A stretch of 64,000 nucleotides of DNA. It comes from Thraustochytrium aureum (taxonomy: Eukaryota). The position numbers were made by a program, and so were the translations under genes. Shown piece by piece: positions 35,056-45,617 of this stretch. Every line of letters starts with the position of its first letter. The stretch's first letter is position 1. The stretch is from the NCBI GenBank assembly GCA_012862495.1, contig BLSG01000157.1, forward strand, positions 41,514 to 105,513, read 5' to 3'. The notes beneath the pieces were generated by a model, which was not told the DNA's origin, searched no databases, and saw only the letters and a list, made by a program, of their open reading frames with translations.

Positions 35056-37319
35056 TCATATCTCTGCCCCGCGTGCTGCCGAGGGGTCGCTCGACGACGT
35101 CGCTCGGGGCTCTGCTCTCACGCGGATCGCCCAGGTAAGCACAGAAGGACGCGTCTGGATGGTAATCAGCAGGTCTGGTCGCTCGCGCTGCAGCACAGGG
35201 ACAACCATGCGAGCAAACCCTTGAGCGACCTCCTTCGTGGCGCTCCCGATCTCGATCTTGTTTTTGGTTAGCGAGATGTCGCCCCCGGCGACGCGCGCAC
35301 ACCAGTCGTTGACTGCAGCGATTTTGGTTGGATCCCGCGTCCAATGTTCAAAGATGGTCTGGATCACCGGGTGCTCTATTCCCACCGGCGGGGTCGGGAA
35401 GGAATCCAGGTCCGCAGGGGCCTGCCATTCAAACTCCGCATCTCCGTTGTGAATAGCACAACTCTTGGCTCGCTCCGCTCGGAGCTCGCTCCGCACCGCG
35501 TCGAGGCGAGACTGGTGTTCGCCTTTCATCGCGCGGGACTCCCGGGCGATAGCGTCGCGCTGCTGCTTGGTCAAGTCCACCTCGACGAGAGCATCCGCAA
35601 GCGCCGCCTCGACGCCGACTAGCTTGTCGGCCTTCTCAGTGGCATCGCTCAATTGCTCGCGCGCCGCGTTCAGGGCTGTGCGCGCAGCGTCAAGCTCCTC
35701 GGTGGCTTCTCGGAGAGCGCGCTCGAGCTGCTCGGCCGCTGACGCACGCCCCAACAAGGCCTCATCGAGCGCTTTGCGAGTGCTCTCGCTGCGTGCAAGG
35801 GCCTCGTTCAGCGCAGCCCGCTCCTCTTCCGACTGGACTAGCCTAGCCTGAGTCTCTTCGAGCGATGACTGGAGGATTTCGTTGCGGCGGCGGCACTCTG
35901 CGACCTCGCCGGAAAGGCGTGCTCCGTTTGCTGTCGCGCTCTCCAGCTCCTCGGCCCTGCTCTCGGCTGCGGATGCTGCAGCCATGCGCAGGCCCCTTTC
36001 TGCTTCCAATTCAGCCTCGCACACTCGAAGCTGCTCGACCAGGTTCTTTGTCTCGTCCAACTGGCCCAAGAGCCCTTTTGCCTGGGCTTCGAGGGCCTGG
36101 ACCTTGGTGGCCGACTCGGCGGCCTCCGCGCGGGCGCCTTCGAGCAAGCTCACTAGGTCTGACGATGCCTGCTCTGCGACGGAGCGCGCCTGGCGCTCGG
36201 CAAGCGCGCGCTCTTCGCCAGCAGCTACCGCGCTTTGCAGTTGCTCCACGCGGTCCTGGAGATCTGCGACAGCATGATGCGCGTCAATCGTAGCTTGCGC
36301 GGACTCGCGCGCCTTGGTTTCTGCAGCGCTTTGGTCTTCGTGGCGCTGCTTTTCGCTACAAGCGAGCGCAAGCTCGAGCTCGCCGACCCTGGGTCCCTGA
36401 GCCCGGCCTCGCCTGCCTCCGCTTGAGCCATGGCCGCAGCTTGGTCGCTCTGCGCGGCGGATTCAGCTTGCTCCCAAGCGCGCCTCTCGCGTTCGAAATC
36501 GGCGACCAACTCCTCGGCTTGCGCTTGTAGCGCTGCTACCTGGGCCTCTGCCGCGTCCCTGATTGCCGCGTTCGCTCGCTCGAGTTCCGCTTGCAGTCGC
36601 ACTTGCTCGGCTTGGCATGCGTCTGCACGAGCCTCTGCGGCTAACGCTCGCTCCAAGCACGCGGCAAGTCGCTGCCGCCTTCCTCGAGCGCTTTGGCAGG
36701 CTCTGGATGCCCCGCGCCGAGCTCCGCTTGGCCTTCGAGCGGTGCAAATTGGCTCGCGGGAGCCGACTCTGAGGCCTGCTCCGCCCTGGCCTGCCCCACA
36801 TTATGTGCTTCGAGGGCAGTGTTTGCAGCTTCTAAATCTGCCCGAAGAGCCTCGGCCTCGGCGCGCGCTCCGTCTCGCGCCCTCCAACAATAACTTCGCC
36901 TCGCTCTGCAGCGCGTGGTACTTGGCTTCTGTTGAGGTTCGCAGCTCATCCAAGGCGGCTCTCAATTGATCTGCAGCAGCTTTTTCAGCTTGTATCGCAT
37001 GCGCATGATCTTCAGCTAGCGACTCCACCGTGACGCGGGCGCCGTCCAGCTCGAGCTCGAGCTGTCCAATATGCTCGCGCAACTGCTCGACCTCGCGACC
37101 CGCCGCTTCCTCGGCTCGGCACTCCATGGGCAGCTGCCGGCCGGCCTCGCCAAGGCCACCATTTGGCGCATCCTCTGCGGCGTCCGAGGTGCTACTGCAA
37201 GTTGCGGAGCCAGCGTCGTCGCGTCTGGCAGCCGCCAGGGCCTCCTTGAGCTGGAGTATCTCCTGCTTCTGCAGTTTGAGCAAGTGCAGCAGCTTGACCT
37301 TGGTCACTGTGGCCGCCAT
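35056..37319 (-). CDS. Long coiled-coil protein with a small globular C-terminal domain; several frameshifts
   Basis: Starts MAATVTKVKLLHLLKLQK. A/E/L/R-rich heptads run across several frames. C-terminus HPVIQTIFEHWTRDPTK..GFARMVVPVL. Confidence 0.65.
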
Positions 37320-37783
37320 CTCGCAGCGGCCTGGCCCCTCGCTGGCTCTCCCCGCCCGCCTCGCCCTGCGCTCTGGCGTGCCAACTTCTTCCGTCTCCAC
37401 GCCGACGGGTTGAAGGACTGACTGGCTGTGTTTGGTCGACGGATGGATGGGATGGATCAATGGACGGAAAAATGGATGGTGGCTCTGGGCCTTGGGCGTC
37501 GGAGGACGCCGCAGGCCGCGGGCTTGCTGGCCCAAGTCGGGCCCTGTGGAGCTTGCTGTTTGCGCAGCGCGCGCGTTGGGTGGGCGGGCAAGCAGCTGAG
37601 CGAGGCGGTGACGGAGGGCCTCGCCTGAGAGAAGTTTCGAGTACCTTACTCTACTGACGCAACCTCCGGTTGCTGTAAAGGCGCAGCTGTGCTCGGGCAG
37701 GCGGGCAGAACGGACTGCGTTCGCGTGGCGCCCAGCCGAGGGCCCGCGAGGCCGAGGGCGCTTGTGCTTGTGCTGGCTTCCAA

Positions 37784-40631
37784 CTACTTGAAGCTGAACA
37801 AGCTGTCGTCGCCCTTCTTCTTCTTCTTGCCCTTGGCGGACTTGGCGGGCTTGCTCGCCGTCCCGAGGTTGACGACGCTCCGCATCTGGCCAGAGGTTTG
37901 GAACATGTCCCACTGCGACAGCGTCGAAGCAGGGACGATGCGGGGACCGGAGCTCTTTGGCAGCGAGGGAAAGTCCTCTCCCACCCGTCGCGCGGCGGCG
38001 GCTGGGCCTGCCTGCCGAGGCTTGTTCCACTGCGACCCGTCCTGCTTCTTGCCCCCCTTTGTCCCAACAACGGGGCCAGTCTCGAGGGGCGCCGGCGCGG
38101 GCGCTGGCGCGGGCATCGCTGCCCCTGCCCCTGCTCCAGCAGCGGCGCTCGGGAAGAGGCGCGCGTACGCCGACTCCAAGTCGGCCCCACGCGCATCGGA
38201 GGCCAGCGACGCGGCCATGAGCGGCACGAGCCCGTCTAGCTCGGGCCCGTCGAAAAGGCGAGCGCACCTGCCGCAAAAACGCTTCCGGCGAAACGTGCTG
38301 GTCGCTCAGCAGCACGCAGAGCGTCTGGAACTCGTGAAAGTTTNNNNNNNNNNNNNNNNNNNNNNNNNNNNNNNNNNNNNNNNNNNNNNNNNNNNNNNNN
38401 NNNNNNNNNNNNNNNNNNNNNNNNNNNNNNNNNNNNNNNNNNNNNNNNNNNNNNNNNNNNNNNNNNNNNNNNNNNNNNNNNNNNNNNNNNNNNNNNNNNN
38501 NNNNNNNNNNNNNNNNNNNNNNNNNNNNNNNNNNNNNNNNNNNNNNNNNNNNNNNNNNNNNNNNNNNNNNNNNNNNNNNNNNNNNNNNNNNNNNNNNNNN
38601 NNNNNNNNNAGCGTCTGGAACTCGTGAAAGTTTTCCTCGCTCAGCACGCTCTGCGCACGCGCCATGAGCTTTTGCGAAGCGCCAGTTGCGTCAACTGCGC
38701 GGGTGGTGACGGCGGTTGGTTCTCGCGGCGCCGACGCTCGAGCTGGCGAAGGAGCTGACCAGGTCGGGCGTTGCGCACTGGCCATCGTGTTTCTCGCGAT
38801 CGCCTCCCTGTCCATTTCGTCCCGCGATTTTAACACCAAGCCGGGCTCAGGGCCGTCAGCGCCACTCGCCTTTTTCTTGTTGCCCTTCTTCCGCAGGACT
38901 CGAATGTTGCCGCCCAGCTGAGGTGCGCGCGTGTGCACCTCCCAGTTGTGGTACGGCGTCTCGATGGCGCCGCGAAAGCTCTGCCCCCCGCGCAGACTAT
39001 GCAAGCTCCCGTTGGCCCCGGAAGGGGACGGGCCGAGCGACGGGAAAGCCTCTGGGTCGGCTAAGGCCGAGGAGGGGCTGTGGCCGAGTACTGCGCTGTA
39101 GTGATAACTCTGCGATCCCGCGGGAGGCGCGGCGGCGCCTGCGGCTGCCCCTTGTGCGGCGCCCGAGCCGAGCCCTGGGAACGAATCGGCCGCGAACGGG
39201 GACTGCGCCGCCAACGCGCCGGGCCCGGCCGGGACGTGGTTCGACTGGCCGGGCACGTAGTGGAACGCCATGGTCTCCACGTCTCGCCGGCCGCCGCGCC
39301 TTTCGTGCGCTGGTTGGTGGTCGTCGATCCCGGACCCGTCGTACCCTGACCGGCGGATGGTGAAATTGACTGGGAGACTGCGGTCCACGCGGGCATCGGG
39401 GTGGTTGGACAGCGTGTGGCCGCGCAGCTCGACCTCGTTTTCAAACACGACAAACTTGGCTTCGACGCAGTGCGGGTCTTTGCAGACGAAGTGCGCCTTT
39501 TGAAAGTGCTGGTACAGCTCGTCGTAGTTGCGATAGTACTCGTGAATCCGGCCCTGCTTGTGGCACACAAAGCAGTGCTCGTGCCTTTCCTTAAGGTGCT
39601 TGTACAGCACGTCCTCGTTGTAGAACCGGGTCTTGCAAAAGTCGCACATGGGGTGACCCCCGGAACGCCGTCTCCTTTTCGCCCTTCTTGCAGTGCGCAT
39701 CGTACCCGGCCTTTGAGTAGCGAGTTTGCTCCATCGGGAAGACGCCGCGCGACTCCCAGCAGTACTCGCACAGCTTGAGCGCGTGCGCGTCCTGCAGGTG
39801 CTTGTTCAACTTGTCGAATGTCGAGAAGGCCTCGTCGGCCGCCGCGCAGCCAGCCTGGCCGCACCGCATCAACTGCAGCGCCTCGATCCTCTCTTTCGAC
39901 TCCCGCCCGCCCGCCGACACGTCAAAGTACATCTTGGACGAGCTGTCAAAAACCAGTCCCGGGCCAGCCACGTCGCCGTACGTTTGGAACGAGTTGAACT
40001 CGCGCGAGCGATCTGCAGTCAAGAAAACGCGCTCCTGGTCTGTCTTGCACAACACGCACCGCGTGTCGTTCATCAAAATGCGGAGTCGAGCGGTGCACAG
40101 GTCACAACAAACCGGATGGTTGCAAGGGCCGATTCCGGCCACGGAGAGGGTCTCACAGCACACGAGGCACAGCTCTTCGTCTTCGTCTCCCTCGCCTGCT
40201 CCCTCGACGCTGTCACGCCGCCTTTGACGTGCCAGGGCCTGCGCCCTGCGGTACGTTTCCTCTTTGAGCCTGTTCGCTGCTCCAACTCGGTCGGCGGTTT
40301 TCTCGTCAAGCAGGCCCTGCCCGGGGCGCCCTCCGCGTCCCCTTTGCCCGCCGCCGCCGCGTCCGCGTCCGCGCCCGCGGCCTCCGCCATTGTTGTGGAC
40401 GTTGTTGCTGCTGCTGCCGCCGTTGCCTCGGCCGCGTCCGCCTCCCCTGCCCGATCCTGCGTTCTCCCCTGCCTTCTCCTCGCGCTGGCTGTCCCCGGGC
40501 GTCACGCCTTCCGTCGCCGCCCTAGCTGCTGCCGCGCCGCGTCCGAACCCCCTTGCGCTGTCCACAGCGCCGCCGCCGCCGCCGCCGCTGCCGCGTCCAA
40601 ACCCTCTCGCGGCGCCCTCTGTCCTCGCCAC
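37784..40631 (-). CDS. ZNF598: ZNF598/Hel2 ribosome quality-control E3 ubiquitin ligase; 5' end probably in gap, frameshift near 39660
   Basis: RING CLVC..GPCNHPVCCDLCTARLR..CVLCK. C2H2 fingers GHPMCDFCKTRFY..LYKHLKERH and HFVCKDPHCVEAKFVVF. Tail with EDFPSL and KGKKKKK. Confidence 0.92.
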
Positions 40632-41246
40632 TGGCGCAGCAGCGNNNNNNNNNNNNNNNNNNNNNNNNNNNNNNNNNNNNNNNNNNNNNNNNNNNNNNNN
40701 NNNNNNNNNNNNNNNNNNNNNNNNNNNNNNNNNNNNNNNNNNNNNNNNNNNNNNNNNNNNNNNNNNNNNGCTGCATCGCGAGCCTCGCGCTCCGCTTCAC
40801 ACTCGCGCTCCCTGGCCTCTGCGCAGCACTGCCCTCTGCTGCGCTGTGCTGCCCGACTGCCTGAGCCGCGCTCTCCGAGTCCGCCGCGGCCGCCTTCACC
40901 GCTGAGACGCCTGCGCTCCTGCCTTGAGTCTCTGCCTGCTCTGCCCTCGACCTACTTGCGGCTGTGCCTTGTCGCGGCCTCTTGTCCTGTTCTGCGCTTG
41001 CGCTTGTGCCACGGGCTGCGCTTGCGCGAAGGGCTCCTGCTTTTCTCGTCCTTGGCCTCTTGTCCTGCCTGCCTGCCTGCCTGTCTGCCTGCCTGCCTGC
41101 CTGCGGGCGGGCCTGCGGGCGGGCGCGTGCGAGCCTGCCTGCGTGCTTGCGTGCCTGGCTGTGGTTGCGAATCTCGCGATTTGCCTCGCGCGTGGCCTCT
41201 TGTCCTGTTCTCGGTCTCTTGTCCTGTGCAGGTCCACGTGCTTCCG

Positions 41247-41247
41247 G

Positions 41248-41295
<48 letters not shown>

Positions 41296-41330
41296 CGTGC
41301 GTGCGTGCGTGCGTGCGTGCTTGCTTGCTT
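41247..41330. repeat. (GCCT)n followed by (GCGT)n compound microsatellite
   Basis: Read directly; a shorter GCCT tract lies at about 41064-41103. Confidence 0.95.
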
Positions 41331-41596
41331 GTGCGCGTGCGTGCGTTGCTGTGCGGCCCGCAGCGATTGGTGTCTGTCTGCCCGGCGCTCGCAGGCCTGC
41401 ACTGGTTGCTGCTGCTGGTGGAGAGTTGCTGCTGCTGGTGGAGAGTTGCTGGCGTGTTGCTGGCTGGCGTTGTTTTGAAAGAGTCCTGCCGCGCGCTTTC
41501 GCGCAGTCACGGTTTGGCGGCGGACAGGCGGGCAGGCAGGCAGGTAGGCATGGAGGGAGGGAGGCCGCAAGCCGGGCTGCACGCGGGGCGGGCGTG

Positions 41597-43207
41597 ATGG
41601 GCGGGCTCGGGACGGGCGGGCTCGGGATGGTGGACGACGCGGCGGCTGCAGCTCGGGACGGCAGCTTTGAGGCGAGGTTGGGCAGGGCTGCGACGGACCT
41701 GGAAGCCGCGACTCTGGTGGCAAGGCCGCCGCCCGTGGAGAGCGCGGCGCTACAGGGAGGCGAGTCCATGTCGCCTAGGAGCGTGCCGGGGAACATGAGC
41801 AGGTCGTCGAGCTTGACGAGGAGCAGGCTGGTGAGGAGGCAAGAACCCTTGCCGCTGCTCGAGGTCAGGGAAGACGGAACGACAAGGAGGCTCAACTTGA
41901 GGCGCGAAGAGATCTTGCAAATGGCGCGGAGTGTGATCCCGACGGCCGAGGAAATGGCACGGGGGCTCGAAGGGCCGCGAAAACACAGCGAGATACACGA
42001 CACGTACGAGGCTGAAGCTTTGACGAAAGTCTCGAAGCGTGGCATTGGCCGGGCAGCCAAGGCTGGCCCGCGGAGCAAGGAGCTGCACGACGACGTCGTC
42101 GAGCGCCGCAGGCATCTCGCGAGGCTCAAGGGCACCTTGCAGCTGCGCGACGTGAGGCTGCTCGACCCGCTGTTTGTCCAGTCGCGCGACCCTGAAATTC
42201 GCGTTCGACGCCACGCCATCATCGTCAACCTGTCGATTCTGCGCGTGCTTGTCCTGCACGACAGATTCTTCGTCCTAATCCCGGACGAGGACGACGAGGA
42301 CGACGCGCTGACACTTCTGCTCAACGAACTCGGCGTGGACGACCCGCTCGCCCCAGAGCCGAGCGAGACCTGGAACGCCGAACAGGCGACCAGCCGACAG
42401 AAAAGCGATGGCGGCGTGTCCGACGTCGTCCCGACGGCAAGCGCTGACCGCGCCGGCGAAAGCGGCGAAGGCGGCGAAAGCGAATCTGATGCTGAAGGCG
42501 CTCTGGAGACCGCAAGCAATGGGTCGGTCGACGACGGCCTGCCGTTCCCGCTCTTGGTGCTGGAGGCCATTTTCGAGACAGTGTGCTACGTCCTGAACGA
42601 CCATGTCGGCGCCCTGGAGCCCCACGTCTGCGAGACCGTAGCGAGCATCATGGCGGCGACCTCGGGCATCACCATCCTCAAGCTGAGGCAGGCCAAGTCG
42701 CGGGTCGGCAAGCTGGCGCTGCAGCTCCAAAACGTGCAAGCCGCCTTCACCAACGTGCTGAGCAGCGACCGCGACATGGCTCTGATGCGGCTCGAGCGCA
42801 TCCACGACTTTCCGCAGCTGTACAAGGACAAGAACGAAAAGCTCTGGTCGCTCGACCACGAGGAGATCGAGCTCCTCCTGGAAAACTACTCGCAGCAGCT
42901 CGACGCCTCCATCTGGCAGGTCATGGACCTCCGGGAGGAGCTTCAAGAGGCCATGAACGCCACGACCCTGCGCCTCGACTCGGCCCGGAACAAGCTGCTC
43001 AGTATCGACTTGCTCGTCGCCTGTGTAACTTCTGCGGCGGCAATTGGAGCGCTTTTCCCGGGCTTGTTTGGAATGAACCTTAACTCGGGTGTTGAGACGG
43101 ACCCTGTGTGGTTTTGGGCCTGGTTCGCTGCCATTGTCGGCACGGTGCCGACGATCGTGGCGCTCATGTTTTTCGCGGTCCGCCGCTCCGGCCTTCTCAT
43201 CACATAG
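41597..43207 (+). CDS. MRS2: MRS2/CorA-family magnesium transporter
   Basis: Contains RDVRLLDP, IRVRRHAIIVNL, LPFPLLVLEA, EIELLLENY and LDSARNKLL, plus two C-terminal TM helices with the GMN motif (LFGMNL). Start codon uncertain. Confidence 0.92.
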   Translation: MGGLGTGGLGMVDDAAAAARDGSFEARLGRAATDLEAATLVARPPPVESAALQGGESMSPRSVPGNMSRSSSLTRSRLVRRQEPLPLLEVREDGTTRRLNLRREEILQMARSVIPTAEEMARGLEGPRKHSEIHDTYEAEALTKVSKRGIGRAAKAGPRSKELHDDVVERRRHLARLKGTLQLRDVRLLDPLFVQSRDPEIRVRRHAIIVNLSILRVLVLHDRFFVLIPDEDDEDDALTLLLNELGVDDPLAPEPSETWNAEQATSRQKSDGGVSDVVPTASADRAGESGEGGESESDAEGALETASNGSVDDGLPFPLLVLEAIFETVCYVLNDHVGALEPHVCETVASIMAATSGITILKLRQAKSRVGKLALQLQNVQAAFTNVLSSDRDMALMRLERIHDFPQLYKDKNEKLWSLDHEEIELLLENYSQQLDASIWQVMDLREELQEAMNATTLRLDSARNKLLSIDLLVACVTSAAAIGALFPGLFGMNLNSGVETDPVWFWAWFAAIVGTVPTIVALMFFAVRRSGLLIT

Positions 43208-43632
43208 GCCCAATTGCANNNNNNNNNNNNNNNNNNNNNNNNNNNNNNNNNNNNNNNNNNNNNNNNNNNNNNNNNNNNNNNNNNNNNNNNNNNNNNNNNN
43301 NNNNNNNNNNNNNNNNNNNNNNNNNNNNNNNNNNNNNNNNNNNNNNNNNNNNNNNNNNNNNNNNNNNNNNNNNNNNNNNNNNNNNNNNNTACCTTACTAC
43401 TACTACTACCCAGCAGGTCACTTCTCGCTTCTTCGCCGCCCGCGCAAAAGCGCTTCGCGCCGCCCGCCTGCCCTTCAGCAGAGCACGACCCGGTCGCGCG
43501 CCAGGTGAGCGCCGCACGCAGGCAGACTCGCTCGCCGTTGGCCAGCTCGCAACGCTCGGAGGCGCGATCTGCGACTCGCTGCGCAAGATACGACCTCGAG
43601 TTGTGCTCCACGTGTGAGCCTCGCTGCCGAGG

Positions 43633-44925
43633 ATGGTCTCGGACGAGCGCCTCCAAGAGGCGCGGGCGGTCGTCGACCGGCTGTTCGAGCTGTTCCAGCG
43701 AGGAGAGTGGGCCGAGGCCGTCGAGTTGTTTGCGCCCGGGGCGGTGATCCGAGCGCAGTACGGCGCCAAGCCGCAGACAATGAGCGCCGCTGAGTTCCGT
43801 CGAGGTGCCGAGTCCGGACCTTTGTCAAAACTGGGGCTTCCGATCTACGTTGACCGCAAGCTGCATCTGTTTGCCCTTGCGAAGCCTGGCTCCATCGGGT
43901 TTGTGGAGAGGCACCTGACGCAGCTCAACGTGGGCGGGGCAGCAGCCGCCGAGATTCCGGTTTGCATCACTGGTGAGATCGAGGCCAAGACGCTCAAAAT
44001 CGCCGAGCTTGAGGAATTCCTCGACCCGGCGCCGCTTGCTCTAGGCCGCGCGAAGGCCGCAAAAGACAAAAGACTTGCGCTGGCGCACGAAATGGCCGGA
44101 GCGGCCGCGGCGGAAAACCAGACTGTCATGATCACCGGCTCGAGCAGCGGTATCGGCGAGCATATCGCCTACGAGTACGCGGCGCGCGGCGGCAATATCG
44201 TCCTCTGCGGCCGTCGCTCTGGTGAGCTCGCGCGCGTGCAAGCTGCCTGCGCTGCGCTCAACCCGGCGTGCCGCGTACTTGCGGTGACTTGCGACCTCGC
44301 GGAGCCCGAGCAGTGCGCTGGCTTGGTCGAGCAGGCTGTGCGATCGTTCGGCCCGCTGGACCGCGTCTACCTCAACGCAGGCGCTTCGCAATCGTGCCCG
44401 CTCGCAGATTCCTCGGACTCGCTGGTTGGCGATTTGATGCGCGTCAACTTTTTCGGCGCTGCAAATGTAGTGCAAGCCGCGCTGCCGTCGCTGCGCCTGC
44501 CCGGAGCGCGCGTCGCCGTCGTCAGCTCGGCGCTTGGCAAGCTCGTGGCGCCAAACCAGACGGGCTACTGCGCCAGCAAGTGGGCCCTTCACGGGTTTTT
44601 TGGCAGCTTGCGCCTCGAGCTCGAGCCGCAAGGCGTGACAGTGTCCATCGTCTGCCCGGGTCCTGTTGCAACAGGGATCCTGGACAACCTGGTTGGGCCT
44701 GCTGGGTCGAAAACCGGCTTCGCCTTGGACGCCGATGCGCGGGAGCGGCTCATGACTGCCGCGCGTGCGGCCCGCCTTAGCGTCGGGGCGTGCGAAACGG
44801 GCGCGCGGGAAGTTGTGCTGGACGAGCAAATCGAGCGCCTCATCGAGGCCTACCCGTCGCGCCCGCAAAAGATCGACGGCATTATGACACGCATGTACTC
44901 GGCTTTGCACGCATCGCGTTTGTGA
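43633..44925 (+). CDS. SnoaL/NTF2-like domain fused to a short-chain dehydrogenase/reductase
   Basis: N-terminal VVDRLFELFQRGEWAEAVELFAPGAVI..KIAELEEFLDP. SDR motifs TGSSSGIG, NAG, VNFFG and YCASK. Confidence 0.88.
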   Translation: MVSDERLQEARAVVDRLFELFQRGEWAEAVELFAPGAVIRAQYGAKPQTMSAAEFRRGAESGPLSKLGLPIYVDRKLHLFALAKPGSIGFVERHLTQLNVGGAAAAEIPVCITGEIEAKTLKIAELEEFLDPAPLALGRAKAAKDKRLALAHEMAGAAAAENQTVMITGSSSGIGEHIAYEYAARGGNIVLCGRRSGELARVQAACAALNPACRVLAVTCDLAEPEQCAGLVEQAVRSFGPLDRVYLNAGASQSCPLADSSDSLVGDLMRVNFFGAANVVQAALPSLRLPGARVAVVSSALGKLVAPNQTGYCASKWALHGFFGSLRLELEPQGVTVSIVCPGPVATGILDNLVGPAGSKTGFALDADARERLMTAARAARLSVGACETGAREVVLDEQIERLIEAYPSRPQKIDGIMTRMYSALHASRL

Positions 44926-45617
44926 CGCACTTCGCCAGCGAACGCGCATCGTTTTCTGCGGTCGGTCGTCTCGGCTTGCTCCAGCATCCTGAGCAGAGCT
45001 GGTACCTCTGGTAGAGTANNNNNNNNNNNNNNNNNNNNNNNNNNNNNNNNNNNNNNNNNNNNNNNNNNNNNNNNNNNNNNNNNNNNNNNNNNNNNNNNNN
45101 NNNNNNNNNNNNNNNNNNNNNNNNNNNNNNNNNNNNNNNNNNNNNNNNNNNNNNNNNNNNNNNNNNNNNNNNNNNNNNNNNNNNNNNNNNNNNNNNNNNN
45201 NNNNNNNNNNNNNNNNNNNNNNNNNNNNNNNNNNNNNNNNNNNNNNNNNNNNNNNNNNNNNNNNNNNNNNNNNNNNNNNNNNNNNNNNNNNNNNNNNNNN
45301 NNNNNNNNNNNNNNNNNNNNNNNNNNNNNNNNNNNNNNNNNNNNNNNNNNNNNNNNNNNNNNNNNNNNNNNNNNNNNNNNNNNNNNNNNNNNNNNNNNNN
45401 NNNNNNNNNNNNNNNNNNNNTAGTGGCAGCGGCGGTAGAGAGGACGGGCTCGTCGAGGAGGGAAAGAAAGAGAGGGAGCTTGCTCGCTGCGCGAAAGTGC
45501 GAGGGCGTGCGATTTGTGCGAAGGCAGGCGTGGAGCGCGCGAGGTTGCTGCTGGGCTCTCACGCCCGGCTGCGGAGGCGGGAAGGGGGGGCGCGCGGCGC
45601 AGCGCGCGCTGGCCCGC

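Noticed and set aside
38320..38633. Direct repeat AGCGTCTGGAACTCGTGAAAGTTT flanking an N gap, resembling a target-site duplication
   Set aside because: The identical sequence on both gap edges inside ZNF598 is best explained as unmerged overlapping contig ends, that is, a false gap.
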